Origin: Lingula anatina
Taxonomy: Eukaryota > Animalia > Brachiopoda
Reading direction: 5' to 3'
Assembly: GCA_051362555.1 (NCBI GenBank)
Contig: CM120647.1
Coordinates: 14,546,651 to 14,610,650 of the forward strand
Length of the DNA: 64,000 nt
Shown here piece after piece: positions 37,051 through 51,200 of this stretch (position 1 is its first letter; the number at the start of each line of letters is the position of its first letter). The position numbers and the translations under genes were made by a program. The notes beneath the pieces were generated by a model. That model saw only the letters and a list, made by a program, of their open reading frames with translations, was not told where the DNA came from and searched no databases.

Positions 37051-38964
37051 ATAGTGATTCAAGTGATAGGTCCTTACTTATTTAAATGTCACAGCAATAT
37101 CATATGAAAAGCGTTAAGCAATACATCTATAAACATTTCAAACCTAAGATAAATATAAAGCTAGGTCAGTGTCTCATTCATTACGCGGCACTGTCTCTCC
37201 CTTACAAGAAATAACCCTCGGCTGACACACGTCTCGCTTGGTGGCCGAGCTAAGGAATAATGAGGACATGTCCACCAAAACAAGTCATTTAGTTTGCCCC
37301 ATATCTATATGGATGCATATCCGGTTGTTATATCTATCACGGCAGTAACATCTCAATATGCATAACGTGACCGGCTGAAGATACTGCACGCCCCCGTAAT
37401 GGGCTGGCTGAACACAAACGACTCTTCTCACCCAATGGGGAATACCCGCTTTAAGGGTCTGCCGCTAGATGGCGTGGGTGTGAAAGCAGTCCTTCTTAAA
37501 TCTCGCAGAATCTCGCTCACGGCTTTACACCAGAGTTTAACATGGAGCGTGTGCACGCGCCGCTGACAGTGAACCAACTCAAACGCAATTTACTTGAATG
37601 TGGTGCCATAACATCTGGATGAAAATGTGAATTGACTGAAAGGTATGTGTTTTCTTTTCATTTAGTGCTTGAAAAACACGAATGCTAACTATTTTCCTTG
37701 AAAAAAAATCGAACATTAGTCGAGGTGTGTGTGTCAAATTTGACATGTTATGTACATGTAGACTACTGTAGGTACGAGTAGGCCTACGCTCATATTTTGT
37801 TTTAGTAGCACGAAAGACGAAGATTTTTTATACTTAGTAAATGTACTTATTTTTTTCTTTATAAGGTTACCCAAAGAAGGCCCATATATTGGGGGCAAAG
37901 CCTGAAACTGTCGATTTCAGGACCCCAGGACAGCCAACTTCAAGAGCAGGATAAAATGATTACTTCAGGAATCTTACCCGTCACTTCACATCAGTGGCAA
38001 AGATTGATGTAGCCACCAGTTATGCCTACCCTAAAGCTGACTTACAGGCGGCTGTGATGGACAACAACTATTGCCAAGTGCCATGAAAACAATAATGCAT
38101 GGATAGAGGGAATGATGTAAGTGAAAACAGAGGTCTAATATTAAGAATCAGGCCCAAATATGAGAAAGAATTATCAAACTAGGTGATGTGTGACATCATA
38201 GAAATATAAAATTGTATCTTAACTATTTAATGCTGTAACCATCTACCATGCTTTAATGGGATATGACTATTTCAGGTTGAGGAACAAACAGCAAAGGACA
38301 CTGAGCATAGCAAGTTATAACAAGGAAAGAGCGCAATCTGACACAAGGAGAGACAATGGCGGATCACTGCTTCCAGATTTGGAGAGATAATGTCAGCTAC
38401 AGAGAAGAAGTATATGAACAAACTGTATGAATAATTGTTGTGTCCAAAACCATTGCAGACACATGACAGTTGGACCCGGACCTGATTTCCCCTTTTTGGA
38501 ATGTGTATCTCGTGCACGAATCGGCCTAAAGAAAACCCGCGAATACTATACTAAGTTAGAAGGCCAGATGTTCATTACAAATCGCCCATTCTGCTATTTT
38601 GTTGTGTTTACATTCAAAGATCTGTTTGTGGGGTTGATTCATTCTGACGCTGGATATTTTTCTACATGTATTTTGCCCAGGATAACTTTTTTTAATGAAA
38701 AACACTATAGGAAGTATGTGTCAACCAGTTTATAGAAAGTACCCCTGTATGAGATGGTTTTAGCTGCAATCATAATTTTGAAGTGCAATTTTAAAAAATG
38801 TTTTCACTAAAATGAAATAATTTGGTGATGCTATATTCTTTACAAAAAGTACTTATGTGTTTATGCTGTTTTTAATAATATTTAACTGTAATGAAAAAAA
38901 AACCTATGATGCTATTTTGTAAAGTATTTTAGTGGGATGAAATAAATTGCTAGTTGTATTTACA

Positions 38965-39575
38965 GCAAATAATTTGGTTTTTCTGCTTTTTAAAGAATTT
39001 TCAAAGTGATGACATAATGTGGTGGTTCTATTCAAGTAAAATAATTCATAAGTACTATTTTGTAAAAAGGAACAAAAAACTGTGTTAATTTGTAAAATGT
39101 TTGCTTTCTTTAATTTTTATTTCTTAAACTGTTACAAAAAGTTTTCCATGCCTACAGTAATCCATTGGCTGAGAAATTGCAGCTATATATTCAGGAAAGT
39201 TATAGCACAAATGAATTATCTAAGTATTACATGGTTTCATGGTTTTTACTATGGACTGAATAATTATTTTGTTTAAATAAAATATTTGGTTTTGCTGCTT
39301 TTTAATGAATTTTCAGAGCGATGAAATAATATGGTGTTTCTACACAAGTAAAACAATTCAGAAGTGCTATTTCGTAAAAAAAGAACAAAAACTGTTCATT
39401 TATAAAATGTTTTCTTTCTTTAAATTTTATTTCTTAAACTGTTACAAAAAGATTTCCAAACATGCATTATTCCATTGGCTGAGAAATTGCATCTATACAT
39501 GAACAAATAAATTATCTAACTATACCTAGTTTTATGATTCTTACGAGGTACTGAATAATGATTTTAAATAAAAAT
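38965..39575. repeat. ~310-bp direct duplication inside the ISL2EU element
   Basis: Two diverged copies of TTTGGTTTT.CTGCTTTTTAA.GAATTTTCA...TTCTTAAACTGTTACAAAAAG...CCATTGGCTGAGAAATTGCA. Confidence 0.8.
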
Positions 39576-39650
39576 TATTATTTAATTAACATTACCGGTC
39601 ATGCTCAATACATCAATAAAAAAGGATATTACTTAATAACACAACCTTAT

Positions 39651-39818
39651 CAGGGGCGGATTGAGACTGTCTTCTGGGTCTTCAGGAAGACGGTCAGATT
39701 TTCAAGTTTACAATGACGGGTATCTAATTTTTGCTGGCGGAAGACGGTCAAAAATGAAGCATGGATCAACAAAAATAATTTAGAAGACTGTCAGAAAATA
39801 TCTCTGGATCCGCCCCTG
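39651..39818. mobile_element. CAGGGGCGGAT MITE with exact 5-bp TSD (hAT5-like)
   Basis: CTTAT|CAGGGGCGGATT...GATCCGCCCCTG|CTTAT. Confidence 0.7.
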
Positions 39819-41738
39819 CTTATGAGGGTAGTAGGCTACCGGGACTTATATATATTTACTGACAACTCTTCTGAAATTACGGACATAAGAAAACGCACTT
39901 TGATAAATCATACTTCCTAGGGGCACTTTCTTGCTATGGAGCTCTCTTTCCAAAACTTTATAAGTTTTGCCAAGATCAATTAACCTTTTTACGTGTATTC
40001 TTTTTGAGGCAACTCGTCTATCTTTAGGGGCCTAATTACTGTTCCTGGGTCAAGTTGTAACTGACCCTTTAACATGGAAGGTGTGTTGACATGGGCAACC
40101 CTTCACTTCAAACGAAGCCCTGAATCCTCAAGAAAATTATTCCCACCTTGCCGACTTTGACATTCAGGTACACAACAATACTGAGGCATGTTTATTAAGG
40201 CCAGTACCACAGTCCAACGTATACAATATCCAACATGGCGACCTAGGAAGGACTGAATTCACACTAGCGACACCTGGCGCCAAGCGGGCTGGTATTCCTC
40301 ATTACACGGACCAAGGTCCTTAGGACATCAAGGTATACGGTGTAGGGGTCCATGTTCCTCCCTACCCAGGTTCTTCTTAAATTTCACTTGTCACTGATGC
40401 ATGGGAGAGGGAAGTTAACAACAGTTCCAACTCTAAAAAGTCCCTTTATTAAGTCCAAGCATTCAGCATTTATATACATTATCTACAGGGTATCTACATA
40501 TATCTGCATGCCACAGTGGCAGCAACTGATTTAAATACTAATTGCAATGCAATAGATGACAAGTGAGAGCTTCTACTTATAAGTTATATCAGTTCTAACT
40601 ATCAGGTAGGCCTATACCTATACACAGGATGATAATTATTCGTTCAAGACTGAAGCAAAGTGAATGATAATAGGCTGACTGATTATATAAACATGATATG
40701 TAAATGAGTGAGTTTATTACATGCATTCAGTGAAACGTAACAACGGGTTGTGGCCAGAACGTGGATTTTGTAATGGTGCGATGTTTCCTATTGCGTGAGG
40801 AATGGAATTATCTGTACACTCGAGGAGATGTCATAGTCTGCTCATAGTGATGCATATTGCAGAGTTTTTCTTTTAATTCATACTTCAATATACCTGTGCG
40901 AGGCATGGGACTAACGGAGAAGTTACCTTATGTTGAGATTTGCACTCAGACAGTTGATTGGCAGACAGTTTATATTTTAACCCCACCCAACTAGGATCAC
41001 GTGCTATATAATATATAGGCCTATACCATGTATATATTTGTGCTACACGTGCAGAAGTAGTCAGTCTTAGATAGTAGTTTAGATACAATAAAAATATAGT
41101 TCAATCACTCTTCATTCGTTATTCGCTACCGAACTGTACCCTCTCCACGCCTTACTTCCCTCGTCCACCCACCACTCTCTAATGGGGCATTGGTCTAAAC
41201 TTTTATTCGTTTTAACAAAAATGTGTATCTCTCAAAGTGTATCTATACCTACAGTATCGGTAACGTTTACAGCTCGATGTTAAAAGGATCTTAGTATCGT
41301 GGAGTTTGGTGCCGTTTAACTGAAGAGCTCTATTAACCCGAAAATTGGAGTCAAGGTCTTTGTGTTATTCTTTGCATAATAGATTGTGTTGGGCATCTTC
41401 TCCAAGACATTTTAACCAATATCTTCTCTAACACAATTCAAGAGGTTTAGATTAACCTTCCCTCTGTTCTCAATCATGTTTATTTACCAACTTATGGTCT
41501 TCGCATAAATCTTTGTCTAACTCCTGAACGATGTTTGTTTATTAATTTGTTTTATTTTCTCGTTTCTTTATTTCTTTATCTAATGGTAGTCCTAGGAATG
41601 GAAGTCCGGGGTCCTACATAAGATTAGCCAAGTTAGGGTTAGTCGGAGTATTGGGGTTGGGATATGGGACGAATGTCACCTGTACAAAGTAACGGAGAAC
41701 GGACTACGGTGCCTAGCGGAGACTACCATTCTTCTAAC

Positions 41739-41910
41739 ACCGGTGTAATGTGACAGAGAGTCTCCCATGATAGAGTTCGCTTCCCATTTATTCGCACAGG
41801 TAAGCCTCGCCCTAGATTTTGACCCACTTTGGTCAGGCTAACCCTAACCATTATAAGTAAATGGAGGGCGGACTTTCTGTTACACGGACCCTCAGTTTCG
41901 TTACACCGGC
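41739..41910. mobile_element. MITE with GGTTAGGGTTAG core (inverted copy of 15215-15388)
   Basis: CCGGTGTAATGTGACAGAGAGTC...GACCCTCAGTTTCGTTACACCGG TIR. Confidence 0.65.
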
Positions 41911-44340
41911 CAACTTCAACCGATAGCGACCCACGTGGAACCCCCATTCAGAGATTGCAGTTTATATGTGTGTAATATCGTAGCTATCATATCGATTACT
42001 ACTGTCATCCGTCATCAGGTGTGAGTCTATTGTAAAATGACATATTAACACATTATTAACGCTGTCGTGTTGGTAACGCTGGAGTCGGTTACACAATACA
42101 ACTTTAGCCCGAAAATTGGTCTTGACTTTAAAGCCAAAAGTTTTATCTATTTTAGGTTGGATAACATTTGTATTATCCCAATAAAATGAAGTAGTTTTAG
42201 TCCAAATCATTAGCTATGTCTTGGTCTTTGTTTGTTTGTTTTTATGCAGGCACAATAGCTCATTTAACTGGATTGCCCTCCACTAGGTGGTCCAAAAGTT
42301 TAGTTCTATTTTCGGGCTAAGTTCACTGGGTGATATTGGTGTTTCTATTTGATTATGCTGCCAGTTAAGCTGTAATATTTTTGTCAGCTAGAATAATGCC
42401 TTAACTCGCAGCTGGGTATTTAAATATACGTTTTAATTAAAATTTGTTTTTTAGATTTTTTTAGATTTCTTCCATTTCCCTGACGTCATTTAATCACTTA
42501 AAGAAGGCACCGCTTAAGGCATGATTAGAGAAAAGATTTAAGAAAAACTTTTACAAGTCTTTAAAATGGTTAACTTTCCTACATGTGTCTTTCTTACAGG
42601 TGACAAAAAAGCATGCGCATTTTAGATTTTTAACCTCCGATTATCTGAAAAAGTTTCCATAATTTGTAATGTATTATATGTTGCATACCCAACAAAAATA
42701 AATTAATAAATAAATATATAATCCTGATTATAAACAAGACATCAACATAAACAAGATATAGAATTTATTCATCTTAGCTCGACATGTTTGTATGAACTAT
42801 ATAAATATAGATTGTTAACATTCAACACGATATCTTTGATTACCCTATGTAATGGGTCCTAGGCACTTCACTTCAAACAAGACACATTTTTAGATTGCTG
42901 GGCCCTACATGTAAAATACACACTCGTTAGTTTCATCGGGTACTCTTTTCATCAGTTATGTCTATTTGTTACATTAATTTTATTAACACTTAAAGGACGA
43001 AACAAAATAAAAAGTGCAGGACATAAGATCACGAATAAAAATAAAATCACTCTAAAATCTGATTAAAATAAGTTACGATCAGTAAAAAATTGAAACTTTA
43101 AAAAGTTTAAGTTAAAGACGCACCATGTTGTATTCGAGGGCACCAGTGTTTTACCAGGGGTGATTAATAAGGCATATACATACGACAAACGTTAATAAAA
43201 TAATATTGAAGTATAGTACAAAGTGGATGGAAACAACCCGATAGAAAAGCATCTCTGGACCTTATTTTACTCAAGTCAAAAATCGGTCTGTATTACAAGG
43301 CGGGGTATATAAGACCCATCTCAATCCTGTGTTCCAGTATTCTGCCAAAAATAAGCAATTAACCATAGTTCTACAGCATTATCTAGCTCTCAGGTTTTAT
43401 AAAACAGGCGCAAGATATTCACACAAGTGACCTTTCAGTCATTTAACTCGGGTCGAAATAGGCCGACCAAATTTTGACGAAAACTGTCGGGAATTCACGG
43501 AAAATGACGGAAACTGTCTGCACCTATCCTATGTATGATGTTAAAACGCTTACTGGAAAGGCTTCGTTTGCCTATATTGCTTATAAATCGTTCAACAACG
43601 AGCGTACGTTGGGAGTGTTGGGGAGCACCTTTTCATATACATTTACACTTTTATGAACAACAAAATGAGATAAATATGATCATATCACAAAGTCAAACCG
43701 AACTAAAGGCTTGAGTAAACCTCAGACGTTACAATGTGTGGAATGTTATAAGGATAATCACAATACATATATCATGTGATACCAGTACCTGCATTATTAT
43801 TACTTACAGGTACTCGTATATCTGCTCACAGAAAAAAAATCGTGCTTAACTGTGCAACTTTCACAGCTTTTAAAATCGTATCATTAATCGTACAGTGACT
43901 TAGCCAGGTGTATAAATCATACTTTAAATGGCACCTTTCCTAATTCCTCAATGGTAAATCTAACGAAAACATTCTACAAGCCCTATTCAACTTTTTCGCA
44001 AATGTCATTCACTTTGTTCTACGTGGATAAGTCTGGACGCGAGGTAAATGGTAAACTATGGAATTCGAAGTCGCGGCTTTTTGTTCAATCTCCGATAACT
44101 GTTGACATTGTCACTGTCGCAACACATTTCTGTCCTAAGAAAAAAAAGTCCAGATTCACAGACATGTTAATGCGTCCTCGCTCAGTCTCGCAAAATAACG
44201 CTTGTTTGGTTTCCATTCCTGGACGAATTAATCACATCGTTCCTTAAAACCTTAATTTCCTCAACCATATCCATGAAAACAACATCAGTTATAACCATAG
44301 CATTCTAAATTCTATTTCCTTCAATCTAAATTATGTTCTT

Positions 44341-45685
44341 TCAATCTCCCAAAATCCGTATCAAAACATTTCCACTGTAAGCTTGCTCCACTGGGAAAGG
44401 AACCAGAAAATAACTCCCCGGATCCAGCTCTGTCCTCGTGATCAGCTCACGTGACTTGTGCTTGGCCTCGACTTGATGAACGAGCTGTAACTTCGAGAGA
44501 TCTCGCTTGCCGTCTTTCTCAATGTGCTTTACCTGATAAAAAAAAGCAAAAAATGAATAAATAAATGAATAGAATAAAATATGCAAGTTACTCTTTTGAA
44601 GACTGTTAATACAGTTAGATTTCTTACAGTCATATTCAGATGTTAAGTTCCGACTTGTTAAGTTCAAGCGCCGACCGATACGATACATTAGTACGGCAAG
44701 AGGCGAGCTATGAGTAAGGAAAGGTGACATTTAACATATCCCGATCGACATATTAACTTAACACGCAGTCTCTCTGTGATTCTATAATACCACGTAGCAC
44801 AACGCTCTTATTCTTAAATAATGATATATAGACCTACTAGAACCTACAGTAGGTGCACGGTATCCATGACCCCCCCCCTCCCCCCACGCTCTCCCAGACT
44901 AAAGGAAACAAGATACAAAAACGCAAAAACTTCCATTCCTGTACTCTACTAGTACGTATTTAGTAAAATCGTCCTCGTGCCCTGACTTTCTGCTTGTATC
45001 CATTCCTACTAGTATAATACTGGATCAATTACAGAAAACAGCCACTTACCCTATAGACCACTATTCCCATAGACACCGGCATGGCATAGCGGGATGTCCT
45101 CGTCTGTATCTGCATGACAGAGAGGATATGGTGACTCCGCTGACGGTTTAAAAAGCTCCCGCTTTTCTCTTTTCCACCCACGCTGAATCGCACCCTGGGG
45201 AGATCGTTCTGGAGGCCTGCTGGGCCGTATTCCGAGCTTCCTGTTCATAGAAAAAGTGTTTTGCTGTATCCAACGTACGGTAATTATGTAAAGTTTTTTG
45301 AAGGCCGAACTTTTTTCTATATTTTATTTTCTCAAGGTTTATCATTTTCGGACAACCACTATGCTATATTTTTTGTTACAAAAGTCAGCTTTATTTTCAA
45401 ACCTTTTTTAAATGTTAAGCTGTTAAAATACTTTTTGGGAAAATTAGCCCCAATGATTTGGAGTTGCCTGCGCCTCATTGTCTATATGTTGAAGGTAAAC
45501 TGCTTGTATTTTAGCCGTGCCTAATGGCTTTTCTTACACCGATTTTACCATCAAACACCGTGGCATTACCTATCAGATATTTTTAACCAAATTCACCTGG
45601 TGTGTGAATGATACGGGCGGAGGATTCCGTAACTTGAATAATGCGAAAGGTCCACAGTAGTTTTGATACTGTCACTGTTTTTTTT

Positions 45686-45760
<75 letters not shown>

Positions 45761-48232
45761 ACCACAACTGACAGATGTCACAAAAGAGCATTAAAAGTAA
45801 TAAAAGGAAACATAAAACCCAAACTTCACTTAAACGTGCACTTTCAAAAGCAAAATCAAGGAATGTCGCCTGAACGGTCTGCCCTACTGTATGAATACAT
45901 AATAAGAGTGACAAAGTAGTCCCCACTCACCTAACAACACTGTCTGAGTTAGAACTACTTTCCAGCATTTTTCTTCTGCAGTGCCCTGACTTGTAGTAAA
46001 CATATCAATTATGCTTGTGCTGGTCCTTGCTCCCATTAAGGCCATAGCGTCCGAAGCGCTGTGCACGCGGGGAAGGGTCTTTACTTCTTCTTTGTGAGAC
46101 TCGATCGTCTTGCTCACGTCGATGCGCAAAGTGAGGTCCGTAATACTTTTGATGCTTCCGTTTAGTGAGAAGTCCGAATCTTCACTAGAGCTGGGCGTGA
46201 CTGAGTTTCGGCGTAGACCATTCCGGCTTTGCAGTATTGAAGGCTCTCGCAGATAGCGCGTCACTTTACTGTTATTGTTGCTGTTGGTAATGTTGGTGCC
46301 ATTTTCCACCTTTCTTTCACCTTTGGGGATCAACTCTCCACCGCTGCAGTCGTTAGTCCCACCGCCGCCACCATGATAGTAAACATGATAAGAATGTCTC
46401 CGCTCCTCTTTAATTTGGATCCGTGTCTCGCATGGTGCTGTGAAAGTTTTTGATTTTTCTTTGCGTCGAAGACGTTGGCTTTCCTTGTCACCACTTGGTG
46501 AATGTTTATTACTGGACTCTTGAACCAAAACCGGAAAATTACGCACAGTACAACTTTTACCGTCACCGTCGGCTTTATTTTTAGTGCCAACCTCTATCTT
46601 AGTTTTACAGCCACTTTTGTTCCCAGCTGCATCAAATGCAGATTCAATATCACGGTCTGACAAAAATGGCGACGGTACTATTGCCTTCAAATTCTTCGAG
46701 CCAATAGTTTTCTTACACGTCGTCAATGGAATGCTGTTTTTAGGAGACATGGAGCTCAACTGTTGAGTGAGGTCACTTCTGATGGCATTACCAGCATTCT
46801 CTTGTAGCACCGTATGCGTGACTCCGACCTCGCTTTCGTCGTCAAGGCCGTCAAGGCCATCCAACCACTTACATGCTTGGGAACGAGGCCCGTTGCTATA
46901 GGTTCTGATCTTTGAGTAATTGATGTGCTCTTTTGAGATGTCAAAAGGATTCTGGCTACTGCAAATAATTACGGCGGCAAATTTTTCCAAAAATTCCTCA
47001 AATGTTACCCAAAATCCAAAATTGGAAGTCTTTTTGGGCGGTGCTTGAACGCGCGTTATAGTCAGCCCCGCCATTTGGTCTATTTCTGACAGGTAGGGAC
47101 AGAAGAGTTGTATTGCGGCCTGTTTCTTACCCTCAGCGTCTGTGCCCTGATGATAAGTATAATAACATATATATAAATACGTCAGAAATTGGAATTTGGT
47201 CGACCTCTTAAAAGATCTAAAAATCAAATAACAAAAGTAATGATAATTATAAATCACCAAGTTTGAGATGTGGAAATAAAACGTTAAATAACATAGTGTA
47301 TTACAAAGATAATAAGAATTACATTTAAGAGTTAAAGTGAGAAATGATTAAGGAATAAAAAAGTAAAAAAAGATTCAGTGTAAGCGGCTTAAATGTCTAG
47401 CACGCCTGCTCAAGCTGCTAGGGGGTAATTAACGACAATTAATTACCCCCTAGTTAGTCAAAGAGGCATGCCAGACAATTAAGCTGATTTCACTGAAAAT
47501 ACTTAAGCGAGAATCCCCGCAGAGTTACGTGTAGATCTATCCCGCTAGTACGATGGGTTTATGGAGAACGCGGTTTTATGGTGCATTCACAAAGGATCTA
47601 TCGTACTTGCTTCTGCGCACCAACTCCACGGGGGATCTCGCTGATAGCTTAACACATAAAACACGCCTCCTCTTCTTTCCAGTGTACTCGTATAATCACC
47701 AGCTTTTCTATATTGTACTCATCGCCAGGAGGAGGCGTGTTAGTCTTTTAACCCGATTGCACTCAGCGAGAGTCTCCACGTATAGTTAGCGTGCAGCAGC
47801 TAGTGCGATAGATTTGTTGTGAACGCATGCTTAAAAAGAAAGTGACCCTCGGTTTTGTTGTATATGACCCCATTCCCAGAGATTAGATCGATCCAACTAG
47901 ACCGACCTAACTCCCTGGGGGTTCACGCTAAATAGCTGTCAGCCGAGCGGGCACGAAAGTTAATTACCCCCTTACAGCTTGTAGTAGGGGGGACAGACAT
48001 TTAAGCCGGATTATTTGACAGTAATCTAGTGAGACTCCCCACGGGGATAGATCGATCTAAATATCTATGGGAATGCGCCCTTACTCACCGATGTCACACC
48101 ACAGACCAAGTATAAATACTGGCTATTCTTATTGTTGCTGGATTTGTCTGACTGAAATGAAATGAAAAAAATAATTTCAAATGAATGGATAAACAAAAAT
48201 AAACAAATGAATGGATAAATATTGCAGTTACA

Positions 48233-48275
<43 letters not shown>

Positions 48276-51200
48276 ATGAATTTATGAATGGACAGATAAT
48301 AAATAATAAATGCATGGATAAATACACTATACTGCAGTTAAATAAATAAATAAATGAATGAATGGACAGACAGACAGACAAACAAACAGATAAATAGAAT
48401 ACTTAGAAGTTGAATTATTATTATTTTCTGAATGTGACCCAGCCGAGAACCGAATCCATACACACCGGCAACCCGCACACACCAGACAATGATGTTTTAA
48501 TATTTGTAGGTGAGTTTTGCGAGCTTCCAACTCGGTTATATGGCGTCCCTTAATACCTACAAGAAGCTTTGGCTTTGGAAATAACCGAGCCTCTTATGTG
48601 GTAGGTGACAAAACTACTAGAAGATTACTATGCGCACCTTAATTGGCTAATGGTTGCCGTGAACAGCAGGAGTATTGATTATTTTGTGTAATGAAAAAGT
48701 CCTTGTCACTACGCTATGTAGCTATCTATATAGAACAAGAAAGTGATGCAGTTTTAACCATGCCCCTGAAATGGCTTCGGCCCAGAAAATATAAATGAAA
48801 TCGGAATAAGGTGGAAACCGAATATTATTACGGGGCAAAAAAAAAAGTGACACTGTTTTGTCGATGTTTTTCAAAGTATCAAATGACACACATATTATAT
48901 TCCATGAACAAAGGCTTTATTGGAGCACGTATTATTTCTTGGAAGCAAATGTCACGCTATACCCCATGCTGCCACATATAAGGTTTTCGGAGAGATTCCA
49001 CTGAATCAGAAATCTGATTGCTAGGTGTGTGCGCCTTGTATTAGCACGTTTCGATTTAATTAGGGGGGAATCAATCTTTGCCGATAGCTGCAGTCTTTGA
49101 GAAGACAAAATCGGAAATGGTATGAAAAAATTTACGCTTTTGCAGCAAAAATTTACCACGAAGAACACGCCATGCTTGCGCTTGTGCACACAGGTTGACC
49201 AAGCGTTTATCGTCAATTTAGCTGATTTGGAAACTGGCGTTAGATTACGATCAACATCCAACGTAACGCTGCTTCTAACAGTGATCTACAGTGTGGTGCC
49301 AGCGTTTGGTTTCAAATCTTTTTCAGGAGATATGAGCCCAAAATTACGAAATTCTATTAAATAAAAGCGTTATTTTGCCTCTTCGCTGATAAAACCAGAA
49401 GTAATATTTTCAGGAAATCTTTCTGGTACCAATTCCAACTATTTAAATAGGCGTTGACCCAAGGGGGGTTTGTCTGAAATCGTTTTAACAGGTCTAACCC
49501 CAAAACACTAGTGGTACGTCGTCGCTCGATGTTGCAAATTCATCCTGATGTTTTTGCTGATGAAACTCCATGAACTCACAAAATGACAATGTACATTTCC
49601 GCATTACATGATATAAACGGATAATGGAAATCATAACGTGCGCCTATCAAACAAATTTATGGTGAGGAATCACAATTTTAAGAGCTGTTATTAAAATGTT
49701 AACTATTATTTTTATTGGCATTTATCCCTGCACTGGCGTAAAATTATATATTTTAACGATGACGGAACTAAATGAATTCACAGCCGATATTGCTGGACAT
49801 TTTGTTCAAACTTTTATATCAAATTTTGCTTTCCTATATAGTTGTAATGTTGGCTCGATGCTTAGGCCTAAGGTATTGCGAAATTTTATACGACTCAAAA
49901 TTTTCCACATTCCACTTTTTCCTTAACGACAGACTGGCCGTGTTCAACAAATCAACCCGGTAAGGAAACAATTTATTTTTGGTTGGAAATTTTTCCACAT
50001 TTCACATTTTCCTTAACGACGGACTGTTCAACAAATCAACCCGGTAAGGAAACAATCTATTTTGGTTGGAAAATTTTCTTTCCTAGAAAATTTTATTTAT
50101 CCTAAAGCCAGGGCAATTGAATGCTAATTGGCCTTCGTCTTTTGACGTCACCACCTGGATAATCAACAAGGACATTTCACATATTAAAGTTGTTTTTCAA
50201 TTGGAAAGAATGGATATTAGTGCAAAGGGCCTTGAGACCAAACGTAGAGTACATACTGGAATTTTACCTCTGTATTATGACACGTTTTTTTTACACCAGT
50301 AAGTTCCCTAACTAAGAGGAGGACTGTACATATATCCGATACTGAAAAAGAACTATAATTCAAGAAGATTTCCTAGCACCAGATTGTAGCACTTATTGCC
50401 GTGATCGAAAAGGCAATAAAATAGTTCTGATACATAACCCTCTACCAGGATGGCAGATATTATAGGGAAAAAGCAAAAAAGCCAGAGATAGTAAAATGGC
50501 CGCCTGTTTATCTAAAGACATATCTTTGAATATCCTTTGAAAAGTGGCCCTGGTAGAGGGTCATGATACATATAGCTTTTCCAATGAGGCAGATCTGCCT
50601 GAAATTAATATTGCAGTTTTACCCTAAAACATGCTGCTGTTACATGTCACTTTATACACTATTCATTATATCGTATGCATCTACATGGTTGGATGAAAAT
50701 TTTACAATAAGAATGTTATTATAAATAAATATGTACAATATTAAATAGTGATATGACGTGTCTACTTGTAAGAAAAATGCAAAATATATTAGGCAGAGCC
50801 CAAGTGGCTCTATAACTACTCAACTACATGGGGGAATAGCATGGGGGAATCTCTGTCACCAATTAGTCCCCAATGGTAGAGAGTCCGCTTCCCATTCATT
50901 TGTACAGGTAAGCCTAGCCCTAGATTTTGACCCACTTCGGTCAGGCTAACCCTAACCATTATAAGTAAATGGAGGGCGGACTTTCTGTAGTTGCGTGGAC
51001 CCTCAGTTCCATTACACCGACGACAGGCCATCAAAAGTGGTTTAACATTACAAGTAAATACAAAGCAAAAATGCCCTTTTTTCGATTTACTGTCTCCCTT
51101 ACCTGCGTTTCAGACTTCCTGTAACATGACGTCACGGACTTGTGTTCATGTGACGTCAGGAGGATATTGAAGAGTACTTCCGGCGGTTCTGACGTCATGA

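Larger units (their letters stand above)
37437..40300. mobile_element. ISL2EU-type DNA transposon, internally deleted and degenerate
   Basis: AT|GGGGAATACC...GGTATTCCTC|AT (2-bp AT TSD, imperfect ~60-bp TIRs). Plus strand: SAP remnant (LTVNQLKRNLLECGAITSG*KCELTER) and YqaJ nuclease remnants (ITASRFGEI; YYTKLEGQMFITNRPFCYFVVFT). Minus strand from 40189: THAP start MPQYCCVPECQS and DDE_Tnp_4 C-terminus (RRVASKRIHVKRLIDLGKTYKVL). Confidence 0.8.

Noticed and set aside
45786-45887. Extra calpain exon (VGQTVQATFLDF...)
   Set aside because: It would need a ~43-nt intron, and exon 45931 already joins 45240 in the correct phase with domain III similarity.
48327-48555. ORF as an alternative His-containing calpain exon
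   Set aside because: The phase-0 frame after the acceptor hits a stop, and there is no HAYS-like motif or good donor.
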